A stretch of 34,997 bases of DNA from an uncultured bacterium (GCA_964422625.1 CAYRBN010000003.1:1-34997), one strand, 5' to 3'. Counted from the stretch's first letter, positions 1-9,196 are shown. Notes: a model not told the origin generated them from the letters alone. Made by a program: numbers and translations.

Positions 1-108
1 AGACTGTGAAAAACAACCTTGCTTACAACCACAAGGGTTGTCCCTACATTGTAGGGACAGGGTTTATCCCTGTCCGCAGACCTCGTAAATTGACTTTTTG
101 CACAACCT
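1..108 (-). mobile_element. Family-A MITE-like repeat, copy A1. Its far end is cut by the window edge. It lies inside the first hairpin loop of B1.
   Basis: The core CCACAAGGGTTGTCCCTACATTGTAGGGACAGGGTTTATCCCTGTCCGCAGACC and the terminal GACTTTTTGCACAACCT match the copies at 12082-12257, 20809-20916, 24135-24194 and 28950-29086. Confidence 0.75.
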
Positions 109-217
109 GTAAAGCTACGCTACTACTATGGTATAGATATCCAAATCTAATGTAGTAGCGGATATTTATATCCGCCCCAATGTAGTAGCGGATCTTTAGA
201 TCCGCCTCAAAAAGGAA
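109..217 (+). mobile_element. Family-B MITE-like repeat, copy B1. This is a variant with a duplicated 28-nt hairpin module and a degenerate right end.
   Basis: GTAAAGCTACGCTACTAC...AATGTAGTAGCGGATATTTATATCCGCC / AATGTAGTAGCGGATCTTTAGATCCGCC matches the internal part of B2-B5. Confidence 0.7.
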
Positions 218-309
218 CACTAAAAGTGGACATCTCCCGTTTTGCAAAGAATAGTTTACACTTACAGGATTATAACCACTTACTTGGACTTTAAGAGTTA
301 CTATCCATG

Positions 310-1467
310 TCAGAAGTTGCTTCTAAGGTTAACAATCTTTTGGACATATTCGATCTCCTCTTTTTTCCCTTTAATCTCTCCCTCTAATTTCTTTATCTTT
401 ATCTTTCTCAATATCTCTCCAACCAATTTTCCTTCCATAACTCCCAGTTTCTTTATATCCTCACCAGTCAGTTCCAATCTGACTGTTCTTATCTTCTTTA
501 AGTATGAGCAAACCTTCTCCTTTACACCTTTTCTCACCCCTATATATACAAGTGGATAATCAGGAAAGCCCTCTAAAATAGTGTCCATCTCTCTTAATTT
601 CTGGGACATTTTCAATTTAGGAATTTTTTTCTCTAATTCCTTTGTTGTCTTTAGATACCCTCTCTCTGCCTTTGTCAGTATATCTCTATTCTCATCATCA
701 ACAAGTGCCATAAAATAGAGGGGTTCAGGGCTTATTTCAATCTCTGCTGCAAATTCATCAAGTTCCTCAAAGAGCTTTTTACCATGATATGATAAGCCAA
801 TCTGGTCAAATATGCCCAGATCTGCCAACCTGTCTGTAATCTTCCATCTATTTTTTTCTTTGAAACATAGTGAAAGCTCATTTCTTATCCTCTGATAGGA
901 GAGGAGAGAAAGCGACTCTTTCTCAATCGCCTCTTTCATGAGTGATTCTGTAATAGTCTCTATCCTGAAGTCCAATCTTTCAGCAAGCTTAATGGCACGA
1001 AATATCCTTGTTGGGTCATCTATAAAACTCCTGCCGTGCAGAACTCTTATCAATCCTTTTCTTATGTCTTTCTCCCCTGCAAAAGGGTCTATAAGTAGAC
1101 CTGTACCAAGAGGAGATGCAATACTGTTGATGGTAAAATCCCTTCTTGCAAGGTCATCAAGTAGGAACCCTGGCTCAACTTTTGGTAGTGAGGCTGGTTT
1201 CTCGTATTTCTCCTTTCTTACAATAGCAATATCTATCCTGAGGCTGGAGATAGAGAGAAGAAATGTGCCAAACTGGGACTCTTTTTCAATCTTCACCCCA
1301 AATCTTTCACTCAAGCATATCGCAACTTCTCTTGCATCTCCTCTAACCATAAGGTCTATATCGTTACTCTCCATACCAAGGAGCTCATCCCTCAATGATC
1401 CACCGACTAGATAGACATCCTCTCTGGAGATGTTTTTTATAGCTTCTATAATATCTTCTCGTTTCAT
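310..1467 (-). CDS. cca: tRNA nucleotidyltransferase (CCA-adding / poly(A) polymerase family), short form without an HD domain
   Basis: 385-aa ORF with class-II nucleotidyltransferase head motifs GGSLRDELLG, DIDLMV and RRDFTINS. Confidence 0.8.
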   Translation of the reverse strand: MKREDIIEAIKNISREDVYLVGGSLRDELLGMESNDIDLMVRGDAREVAICLSERFGVKIEKESQFGTFLLSISSLRIDIAIVRKEKYEKPASLPKVEPGFLLDDLARRDFTINSIASPLGTGLLIDPFAGEKDIRKGLIRVLHGRSFIDDPTRIFRAIKLAERLDFRIETITESLMKEAIEKESLSLLSYQRIRNELSLCFKEKNRWKITDRLADLGIFDQIGLSYHGKKLFEELDEFAAEIEISPEPLYFMALVDDENRDILTKAERGYLKTTKELEKKIPKLKMSQKLREMDTILEGFPDYPLVYIGVRKGVKEKVCSYLKKIRTVRLELTGEDIKKLGVMEGKLVGEILRKIKIKKLEGEIKGKKEEIEYVQKIVNLRSNF

Positions 1468-1514
1468 CGCAGACTAATTATAACACATTTTTTTAAAAAA
1501 TGCAAACTTTTTTA

Positions 1515-1543
1515 TTGACAAATGGGAATTTTTCTGGTATTAT
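1515..1543 (+). promoter_or_regulatory. Sigma-70 type promoter
   Basis: TTGACA (1515-1520), 17-nt spacer, TATTAT (1538-1543), preceded by TGg (extended -10). It lies about 125 nt upstream of the 1671 start. Confidence 0.7.
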
Positions 1544-1670
1544 AATAAGGTGATTAGATTTATTTTTATATCCATCCTTTTCAAACAATAGACTGAAAAT
1601 CTCTTCTTGTAAATATTAATATTATAATATGAGTTGCAACTGTTATTGTGATAATATATAGGAATAAGAT

Positions 1671-2390
1671 ATGCGGGTTCTCATAATCATACCAACATAT
1701 AACGAGAGGGAAAATGTACCTGTTGTGTTAGAGAGGGTGCTATCGTTGATGAAGGAGATAGATGTTCTTGTGATTGACGATAACTCAACAGATGGAACAG
1801 GAGAGTATATAAGAGACCTGTCTCATAATGAGAAAAGAGTAAAACTTCTAAGCAGACCCCGCAAATTAGGACTTGGAACCGCATATATTGAGGGATTTAG
1901 ATATGCAGCGAAAAATGGTTATGACTATATCTTTGAGATGGATGCAGACCTATCGCATAATCCAGATGATATTCCAAGATTTCTTGAAAAGATTAAAGAT
2001 ATGGACCTCGTTATAGGCTCAAGATACTCGGATGGTGTCTCTGTGATAAACTGGCCAATGTCAAGGCTTATTCTTTCATACCTTGCGAACCTATATACGA
2101 GAGTAGTTACCGGTATTCCTGTCAAGGATATGACAAGTGGATATAAATGCTATAGAAGAAAGGTTGTTGAGAGGCTTCTTAAAGAAAAGATAGTATCTGA
2201 TGGATATGGATTCCAGATTGAAACGGTCTTCTGGAGTTATAGAAATAGATTCAGGGTGATGGAACTTTCCATCATATTTGCTGATAGAGTTGAGGGAAGA
2301 TCAAAGATGTCAAAAAGGATTATATGGGAAGCATTCTGGATGGTATGGAGGCTCAGGGTGATGGGGTTGGTAAGGAGAAGTGATAGGTAA
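1671..2390 (+). CDS. GT2 polyprenol/dolichol-phosphate mannosyltransferase-like glycosyltransferase
   Basis: 239 aa with IIIPTYNERENV, VIDDNSTDGTGE and FEMDADLSH motifs. The C-terminal FADRVEGRSKMS is typical of the Dpm1/Ppm1 family. Confidence 0.8.
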   Translation: MRVLIIIPTYNERENVPVVLERVLSLMKEIDVLVIDDNSTDGTGEYIRDLSHNEKRVKLLSRPRKLGLGTAYIEGFRYAAKNGYDYIFEMDADLSHNPDDIPRFLEKIKDMDLVIGSRYSDGVSVINWPMSRLILSYLANLYTRVVTGIPVKDMTSGYKCYRRKVVERLLKEKIVSDGYGFQIETVFWSYRNRFRVMELSIIFADRVEGRSKMSKRIIWEAFWMVWRLRVMGLVRRSDR

Positions 2391-2579
2391 TCGGTTATCG
2401 GTTTGCGTGTTTGCGAAGCCTCGCACCTTATATGAACATAATAGATTGTTTCTCGTAACTGGAATAAGACCTGCTTTTTTGAGTGGAGTAAAGATTAATA
2501 ATTGTTTTGAAAGGTCATTTCTCTTATTTTTCATTTTTCAATTTGCACTTTTCATTGAGCAATTGCGTATACCTAATCT

Positions 2580-3281
2580 ATGTCTGTTTCTGTCATAGTA
2601 GTTGCGGGTGGGAGAGGAAGGAGGGTAGGGGGGGGTGTCCCAAAACAGTTTCTTTCCATAAACGGAACTCCTATCATCTTCTTCTCTCTCGCGGACTTTG
2701 AAGAGGAGCCTCTAATAGATGAAGTGATAGTTGTAACGCTACCTGAGTGGATCTCTTACATAGATAAGGAGATTGAGACGAGAGGCTATAAAAAGGTGAA
2801 GAGCATTGTAGAGGGGGGGAGAAGACGACAGGATTCTTTTAAGAATGGACTTGATATTATATCAGGAGATATTGTTATTGACCATGATGCAGTGAGACCC
2901 TTTCCCTTTACATTGAATATAAAGAGTATGATTGAAAAATGCAAAAGATTTGGAGCAGTCATCCCCATTGTTCCAGTGAATGATACAATAAAATATCTGA
3001 AAAACGAGAGGGTTGAAAGGACGGTAAATAGAGAAGGTCTTTTTTTAATCCAGACCCCACAGGTATTTAAATCTGATATCTTAAGAAAGGCATACAAGAG
3101 GGTTGAGAGTGTTAAAGTCCATCTGACCGATACTGCATCTCTGCTTGAAAGCGCAGGTATACCTATCTTTACAATACCTGGGTCTGTTTTCAATATAAAG
3201 ATAACTACAAAAGACGACCTTAAACTTGCCAGCGCCATTAAGACAGGTGTCAGGGTGAAAAGGATAAAGGAAAAAGGATAA
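2580..3281 (+). CDS. ispD: 2-C-methyl-D-erythritol 4-phosphate cytidylyltransferase
   Basis: 233 aa with N-terminal VIVVAGGRGRRVGGGVPKQFL and a later IQTPQVF motif. The last residues (VKRIKEKG) are encoded by a heptamer array. Confidence 0.85.
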   Translation: MSVSVIVVAGGRGRRVGGGVPKQFLSINGTPIIFFSLADFEEEPLIDEVIVVTLPEWISYIDKEIETRGYKKVKSIVEGGRRRQDSFKNGLDIISGDIVIDHDAVRPFPFTLNIKSMIEKCKRFGAVIPIVPVNDTIKYLKNERVERTVNREGLFLIQTPQVFKSDILRKAYKRVESVKVHLTDTASLLESAGIPIFTIPGSVFNIKITTKDDLKLASAIKTGVRVKRIKEKG

Positions 3282-3318
3282 AGTAACCCAACGACCTAAT
3301 AACCAATAACTAATAACT
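3257..3318 (+). repeat. Heptamer tandem arrays: (AAAGGAT-like) at 3257-3283 and (YAATAAC)x3 at 3296-3318
   Basis: Read directly: gaaaaggataaaggaaaaaggataaag ... ctaataaccaataactaataact. The first array overlaps the ispD 3' end. Confidence 0.8.
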
Positions 3319-3389
3319 GTCTTTGATGTTGGTCTTTACCGATAACTGTCTTTGGTTAGGTGTCAGGTCGTTGGTCTTCGGTCTGTAGT

Positions 3390-3426
3390 CTATTAAAGAA
3401 TCTTGTTAATCTGCGAAAATCTGCGT
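3390..3426 (-). repeat. 37-nt D-related fragment (E repeat), inverted copy of 6246-6282
   Basis: The reverse complement acgcagattttcgcagattaacaagattctttaatag compares with 6246-6282 acgcagattttcacagattattaagattctttaatag. Confidence 0.7.
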
Positions 3427-3443
3427 CCTAAAAGGAGAGTGCG

Positions 3444-3896
3444 GTGCGTATAGGTATTGGATATGATGTTCATAAATTTGTAGAGGGAAGACCACTCATA
3501 TTAAGTGGGGTGGAAATATCTTATCATAAGGGACTTCTTGCCCACTCTGATGGTGATGTAGTACTCCATTCCATTGGCGATGCAATACTCGGGGCATACA
3601 GTATGGGGGACATCGGAACCCATTTTCCTGATACAGATGATAGATGGAAAGATGTAAGCAGTCTTCTAATCCTTGAGGAGATAAGGAGATTGACTTCCGC
3701 AGATGTTGAACATACAGATTCCATAATTGTATGTGAAAGCCCCAAACTCTCTCCTTACATCCTTCAAATGAGGGAGAGAATTGCAGAGGTGTTGAATATA
3801 TCAGTTTCTGCTGTCTCAATAAAGGCAACTACCGAAGAGGGACTTCTCTTAAAGGGAGAGGGGGTTGCCTCATACTCAATTGTGCTCTGCTCATAA
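3444..3896 (+). CDS. ispF: 2-C-methyl-D-erythritol 2,4-cyclodiphosphate synthase
   Basis: 150 aa with GIGYDVHKF and HSDGDVVLHSIGDAILGA signatures. GTG start with AAGGAGAG just upstream. Confidence 0.9.
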   Translation: MRIGIGYDVHKFVEGRPLILSGVEISYHKGLLAHSDGDVVLHSIGDAILGAYSMGDIGTHFPDTDDRWKDVSSLLILEEIRRLTSADVEHTDSIIVCESPKLSPYILQMRERIAEVLNISVSAVSIKATTEEGLLLKGEGVASYSIVLCS

Positions 3897-4808
3897 ATCT
3901 TTAATGATAAGTGTTATAATTCCTACCTATAACAGACTTTCATCTCTTAAGAATACGATAAGGTCACTTTTGAGACAGTCTCTTCCCCTAACTAAATTTG
4001 AGGTTATTGTGGTTGATGATGGTTCAAGTGATGGAACAGAGGAATGGCTGAGAGCATATACTGGCGGACTAAACCTAATATATATAAGACATACTACAAA
4101 TAGAGGAACAGCAAGAACAAGAAACGATGGTATCAAGGCAGCAGAGCATGATATTATTGTCTTTCTTGACGATGACATAAAAGCGGATAAAGATCTTCTC
4201 TCTACTTACCTTACCGTGCATACTAAAGAAGAGGGAGTATTTATTGGTAATGTTATATATGAGAAAAATCCTAAAGAGAGGGCAGTTTTAAGGTATCTTT
4301 CTACGAGAGGTGTCCACAAAGACAGGGAAGATTTCAGATCATTTATAACCCAGAATCTATCCCTTAAAAAAAGAGATGCAATAAATGCCGGGCTATTTTG
4401 TAACTCTATCCCAGATTTTTTCCAGGGAGAGGATATAGAGTTTGGGTACAGGTTATCACTAATCGGAGCAAAATTCATTTACATAAAGGATGCAGTTGCC
4501 TTTCATTCCCGGACTGTCAGTTTGAATAAGGTAATTAAAGACGCCAGAAGGTTTGGTAAAAATATCCTTCCCTTGCTTGTGGATAAACACCCTGTTTTTA
4601 GAGATACCTTTAAGTTATACCTCATTGAGCAATTGGATGTATTAAAAGAATCGCCTTCACTCTCTTTGAAAAAATTGGGGACAAGATTTTTCTTGAGTAG
4701 AGTTGTATACAGGATTATACATAGCTTTACTGTTTTGTTTAACAAGTTTTTTGTTCCGTCTTTATTCTTTGATTATCTCATTTTCTATAACAGAATTATG
4801 GGGATGAG

Positions 4809-4905
<97 letters not shown>

Positions 4906-4996
4906 GATGTAGGGATTTGATTTATCAAATCCAATAACCCAAGGATAAAGACTGCCTAATAGCCTATTATCAGTTTTTTGACAATACTTATTTGCA

Positions 4997-6154
4997 ATGC
5001 AGAGTTCTGATGTATTGATTTTTTCATACGAGTTTCCGCCAGACGATGGGGGTGTGGCAAGATATTCACACGGACTTGCAAAGGGGCTTTCCAATCTGGG
5101 CAAGAAGGTGATAGTGCTTGCACCAGGATATAGAGAGATGGATAAAGATCTAAGAGACAATTTTGTGATACTAAGAATACCGAATACAGGGCTCTTCTTT
5201 TTGAATCATCTTATCTCTTTTCTATTTTTTATTCGGATACTTTATAGGTATAAAATCACATCTGTCATTGCCACTGAGATAGCAGCAGAGAGGGTCGCAG
5301 TTATTGCCAGACTTTTTATTCCGTTCAGGTTCATAGCGGTTTTTCATGGTTATGAGATACTTGTAAGTGTCCAGTCTCCGGGTTTTTGGGGAGGGTTAAA
5401 AAAGGCAGTTTTCTATTTTATTGTTAGGCGTGCATATTGTGTAGTTGGGGTCAGTAGATATGTAAAATCACTCCTTGTTCGTGCCTCTGTGCCAAAAAAA
5501 AAGATAAGTATTATATCAGGGGGGGTTGATACAGAAAGATTTTCCAGCCCCGGCGACCCAGATGGGTTGAGAAAAAGACTCAATCTAAATGGAAAAAGAA
5601 TAATCCTCACTCTTGCAAGACTTGATAGCGTAAAGGGTCATTGTATGGTTATTAAGGCTTTGAAAAGGGCTATTAAGGAGGTCCCTGAGCTTATGTATAT
5701 TATTGCAGGCAAGGGGACGGGAAGAGGTGAAATTGAGAGATTTGTTCAGAAAAATGGTCTTTCTGATTATGTGCTATTTTTGGGTTTTATCCCTGAAGAG
5801 GATCTGGTCAGTCTTTACAAGATGTGCGATCTCTTTGTAATGCCCTCACAAAGAGCAGGTAAAGGTGTTGAGGGATTTGGGCTTGCCTTTTTAGAGGCAA
5901 ATATGTGCGGCAAACCGGTTATTGGAGGAAGGCATGGAGGAGTAGTTGATGCGATAATAGATAGAGAGACCGGCTTTCTGGTTAACCCTCATAATGAAAA
6001 AGAACTTTCAGATAGGATTTTAGAGTTGTTAAATAACAGCAGATTTTCATCCCATCTTGGAGAGCAGGGCAGGAAAAGATGCATTGAATTTTTTGATTGG
6101 AAGAATGTTGCAGCACGATTTCTTGATTGCATAGAAAAGTCTGATTTTTCTTGA
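4997..6154 (+). CDS. GT4 (group 1) glycosyltransferase
   Basis: 385 aa with N-terminal EFPPDDGGVARY and C-terminal GFGLAFLEANMCGKPVIG (E-x7-E region). Confidence 0.8.
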   Translation: MQSSDVLIFSYEFPPDDGGVARYSHGLAKGLSNLGKKVIVLAPGYREMDKDLRDNFVILRIPNTGLFFLNHLISFLFFIRILYRYKITSVIATEIAAERVAVIARLFIPFRFIAVFHGYEILVSVQSPGFWGGLKKAVFYFIVRRAYCVVGVSRYVKSLLVRASVPKKKISIISGGVDTERFSSPGDPDGLRKRLNLNGKRIILTLARLDSVKGHCMVIKALKRAIKEVPELMYIIAGKGTGRGEIERFVQKNGLSDYVLFLGFIPEEDLVSLYKMCDLFVMPSQRAGKGVEGFGLAFLEANMCGKPVIGGRHGGVVDAIIDRETGFLVNPHNEKELSDRILELLNNSRFSSHLGEQGRKRCIEFFDWKNVAARFLDCIEKSDFS

Positions 6155-6179
6155 CTTATAAAGAAAAGTATGGTATAAT
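6151..6179 (+). promoter_or_regulatory. Sigma-70 type promoter. Its -35 box overlaps the GT4 stop codon.
   Basis: TTGACT (6151-6156), 17-nt spacer, TATAAT (6174-6179) with TGg upstream. It gives a leader of about 220 nt to the 6404 start. Confidence 0.75.
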
Positions 6180-6245
6180 GGGTAGGGATGTTAAGTTAAT
6201 CCTAACGAGTTTCGATTCATTAGTCTGTCAGGAACAGGTTTTAAT

Positions 6246-6282
6246 ACGCAGATTTTCACAGATTATTAAGATTCTTTAATAG
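6246..6282 (+). repeat. 37-nt D-related fragment (E repeat)
   Basis: See 3390-3426. It shares CAGATTTTCACAGATT with the family-D termini. Confidence 0.7.
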
Positions 6283-6330
6283 GCGAAACATCTTGCCTCA
6301 CTGTGGAGCAAGATGCTTCACCTGTTTCTT

Positions 6331-6403
6331 CTAATATAATAAATTTGCAATTTGCATTTTGCAATTTGCATTTTGCAATGGAGCGAAGCGACAAGGGGGT
6401 GTT
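6331..6403 (+). promoter_or_regulatory. C cassette copy C1: (WTTTGCA)x5 heptamer array, then ATGGAGCGAAGCGACAAGGGGGTGTT immediately before the start codon
   Basis: The same module precedes pmbA (22412-22480) and tldD (24051-24125). AAGGGGG supplies the Shine-Dalgarno sequence. Confidence 0.7.
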
Positions 6404-7462
6404 ATGCGTAAAACTATCTTAATACTACTGCTCGCCCTTGTGGGGTGTGCAGAGGTCCCAAGGGATGTGGTTGTTATCCTTCCTCTATCCGGAAAGCTAG
6501 GGGGATATGGAGAAGATTGTCGTAGGGGAATAGAGATTGCACATTCTATGGCAGAGAAACCCCTTCCTCTGGTGTTTCTCGACAATAAAGACGATATAGA
6601 AACCACTATATCCATAATGAGAGAACTTCCCAAAACTACACTTGCAATAATAGGACCTATGACCTCTGCCACTGCCTTGGCCGCAGCAAACATTGCACAG
6701 ATGCTCGGAATTCCAATATTTCTCCCGTCCGCTACACATACTATGGTGACAGATGTGCCAGAATACGCCTTCCGTCTCTGTTTCAGCAATGCTGAACAGG
6801 CAGCCTCACTTGCAAAATTTCTTCATCAGGAGCTTGGAAAAAGAAGGGCCGCTCTTTTAATTGAGGCTGAGAGTCTGTACAGTAGCGACCTGGCTATCAG
6901 TTTCCTGTATGAATTTAAGAGACTTGGGGGAGAGATAGTAGATAATATCCACTATGAGGCTGGCGAGACAGACTTCCGAGAAAAGTTAGAAAGACTGATT
7001 AGAGACCCCCCTGATGTTATATTCATACCGGGCTACTATAGAGATGTAACGAAGATAATAATGGAAGCAAGAAAGATGGGTATAAAAATACCATTTGCAG
7101 GGGGAGACGGTTGGGATTCAGATAAGCTGTTAACTATTCCAGAGGACCTCCGTGGCGAAAACTACTTTACTACACACTTCTCTCCACAAAGGGATGTGCC
7201 GTTTGTAAAACGTTTTGTGGAAGAATATGAGAAGAGACATTACACACCCCCATCTGCTTTTTCTGCACTTGGTTTTGATGCATATAACCTCCTGATGGCA
7301 GTTTCTCAAGATGGAAGGAGAGGGATCGTAGATGGTATGAAGGGATTGAAAGGGTTTATGGGGGTAACAGGGATGATATACGAGCGTGGCGAGGCAGAAA
7401 AATCTCCTATATTGATCAAGTTCTCAGAAGATGGATTTGAATATCGTGGAATTATAAATTAA
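6404..7462 (+). CDS. Periplasmic-binding-protein (LivJ / Peripla_BP_6-like) lipoprotein; orphan, with no permease genes adjacent
   Basis: Start chosen at MRKTILILLLALVGC (lipobox L-V-G-C). The upstream 15 codons of the ORF-track call lie in the C cassette. The body resembles branched-chain amino-acid type binding proteins. Confidence 0.65.
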   Translation: MRKTILILLLALVGCAEVPRDVVVILPLSGKLGGYGEDCRRGIEIAHSMAEKPLPLVFLDNKDDIETTISIMRELPKTTLAIIGPMTSATALAAANIAQMLGIPIFLPSATHTMVTDVPEYAFRLCFSNAEQAASLAKFLHQELGKRRAALLIEAESLYSSDLAISFLYEFKRLGGEIVDNIHYEAGETDFREKLERLIRDPPDVIFIPGYYRDVTKIIMEARKMGIKIPFAGGDGWDSDKLLTIPEDLRGENYFTTHFSPQRDVPFVKRFVEEYEKRHYTPPSAFSALGFDAYNLLMAVSQDGRRGIVDGMKGLKGFMGVTGMIYERGEAEKSPILIKFSEDGFEYRGIIN

Positions 7463-7647
7463 TCCAAATTATGCGTTAAAAAACCACGAGATTACACAAG
7501 ATTATCACAAGACAAGTCAGTAAAGAATTTGCAACAATCAGATCAAGATATGTTCTTCACCTAAAAGGTGAAAAGTCATATTCTTGAAGATTCTTATACA
7601 ATCTGTGAAAATCTGTGTGATCTGTGGTTAATGCATATTCTGGGATT
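7461..7647 (+). mobile_element. Family-D MITE-like element, complete copy D1 (about 187 bp)
   Basis: Terminal inverted repeats: AATCCAAATTATGCGTTAAAAAACCACGAG versus the reverse complement of the right end, AATCCCAGAATATGCATTAACCACAGAT. The right 137 nt matches 34861-34997 inverted, with 4 mismatches. Confidence 0.75.
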
Positions 7648-7653
7648 AATATT

Positions 7654-7730
7654 AGAGGAGAAGGGGAGAAGGATGGAGAAGGGGAGAAAATAAAAAACTC
7701 TCCTTTTCCCCCAATTCTCCCTTTCCCCTT
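7654..7730 (+). repeat. Polypurine block of about 44 nt followed directly by a polypyrimidine block of about 33 nt (imperfect inverted repeat)
   Basis: agaggagaaggggagaaggatggagaaggggagaaaataaaaaa / ctctccttttcccccaattctccctttcccctt, in the lysS leader. Confidence 0.6.
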
Positions 7731-7750
7731 GAAAAAAAGGAGAAGAATTG

Positions 7751-9193
7751 ATGCAATTTACATCAGAACACGAAAGGGTAAGGATTGAGAAGATTGCCTC
7801 TTTGAGGGAGAAGGGTATAGACCCCTATCCTGCAAAGGGATTCAATAGAACACATACTGTCCAGGAAATAAGAGAAGATTTTCGTGATGGATGGGATATA
7901 AAGATAGCAGGGAGACTTGTTGCATTGAGAAGACATGGAAAGAGCTCTTTTGGTAATATACTGGATGATGGCGAGAGAATACAGATATATTTTAAGAAGG
8001 ATCTTCTCTGTGAGAGTTATCATCTCCTCTCCCTTCTGGATATAGGAGATTTCATCGGTATAGAAGGAGAAACTTTTACAACACATACTGGTGAGCCTAC
8101 AGTACTTGTTCAAGGTTTTACCATCCTTGCAAAATCCATATCACCCCTACCAGAAAAGTGGCATGGCTTACAGGATAAGGAACAGAGATATAGACAGAGG
8201 TATATTGACCTCATCGTCACCCCACAGACAAGGATCTCATTGCAGAGGAGAACCGAGATAGTCAAGCTGATAAGAAGGTTCCTTGATGAGAAGGGGTTTC
8301 TTGAAGTGGAGACACCAATTTTACAGCCTATATACGGTGGAGCCTTTGCAAAACCATTCAAAACAGACTACAAGGCTCTTAGTCGGGAGTTCTTTTTACG
8401 AATATCAGATGAGCTATATCTGAAAAGACTTATATGTGGTGGTTTTGATAAGGTTTATGAGATTGGTAGGGATTTCAGGAACGAGGGTATTGATAGATTA
8501 CACAATCCTGAGTTCACCCAAATTGAGTTATATGAGGCATACAGCGATTATATGGATATGAAAAGACTGACAGAAGAGATGCTTCTCTGGGTTGTGGAGA
8601 ATCTTTATAACAAAAAAGAGATAGAGTATCAGGGGGTGAGATTAAATTTTGCCCCCCCATGGGAGACAATCTCCTATTTTGATGCAATAAAGAAGTTTGC
8701 TGGAGTTGATCTCCAAAACGCAGATATTGAGTATGTAAAAAAAGTGGTAGAGCAGGCGGGTATTGATGCCGATCTCTCCCTGGATAGAGATACCTTGATA
8801 GACAAGATATTTGGCGAGAAGGTGGTCCCCCGAATAGAACAGCCAACATTTATTATAGACTATCCGAGTTCCATTTCTCCGCTTGCAAAGAGACACCCTG
8901 ACAACCCAAAACTTGCACAGAGATTTGAACCTGTCATTGTAGGTATAGAGATTGGAAATGCCTTCTCCGAGCTCAACGACCCCCTTGAACAGGAGAGGAA
9001 GTTTGCAGAGCAGATGGAGAGGAAAAAGAAGGGTGACCAGGAGGCACACCCTCTTGATCAGGACTTTCTGAAGGCACTTGCCATAGGTATGCCTCCAACC
9101 GGTGGTCTTGGACTCGGTATAGATAGGATTATTATGCTTCTTACAGATTCAAGATCAATAAAGGATGTGATTGCCTTTCCACAAATGAGATGA
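7751..9193 (+). CDS. lysS: Lysine--tRNA ligase, class II
   Basis: 480 aa from the ATG at 7751, with AAAGGAGAAG upstream. It has an OB-fold N-domain, FRNEGID, and class-II motif 3 GGLGLGIDRIIMLL. Confidence 0.92.
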   Translation: MQFTSEHERVRIEKIASLREKGIDPYPAKGFNRTHTVQEIREDFRDGWDIKIAGRLVALRRHGKSSFGNILDDGERIQIYFKKDLLCESYHLLSLLDIGDFIGIEGETFTTHTGEPTVLVQGFTILAKSISPLPEKWHGLQDKEQRYRQRYIDLIVTPQTRISLQRRTEIVKLIRRFLDEKGFLEVETPILQPIYGGAFAKPFKTDYKALSREFFLRISDELYLKRLICGGFDKVYEIGRDFRNEGIDRLHNPEFTQIELYEAYSDYMDMKRLTEEMLLWVVENLYNKKEIEYQGVRLNFAPPWETISYFDAIKKFAGVDLQNADIEYVKKVVEQAGIDADLSLDRDTLIDKIFGEKVVPRIEQPTFIIDYPSSISPLAKRHPDNPKLAQRFEPVIVGIEIGNAFSELNDPLEQERKFAEQMERKKKGDQEAHPLDQDFLKALAIGMPPTGGLGLGIDRIIMLLTDSRSIKDVIAFPQMR

Positions 9194-9196
9194 TAG

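Noticed and set aside
242-559. A + strand 105-aa ORF, and other small ORFs overlapping cca, lysS, purA and the malic enzyme on the opposite strand.
   Set aside because: These are low-complexity translations antisense to strongly supported genes.
6342-6378. A sigma-54 promoter suggested by the repeated TTGCA in the heptamer arrays. The same idea applies to TGGCA-N9-TTGCA at 12022-12040.
   Set aside because: The GG-to-GC spacing does not fit the -24/-12 geometry. The TTGCA motif is simply the repeat unit.
6359-6403. A conserved N-terminal peptide, M(Q/H)F(A/S)F(C/F)NGAKRQGG, shared by the ORF-track versions of the lipoprotein gene and tldD (24051-24095).
   Set aside because: The similarity is at the nucleotide level and extends upstream beyond the ORFs, as part of the C cassette. 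A good Shine-Dalgarno sequence and an ATG follow it, and the downstream sequences (a lipoprotein signal peptide and the canonical TldD N-terminus) are the natural starts.
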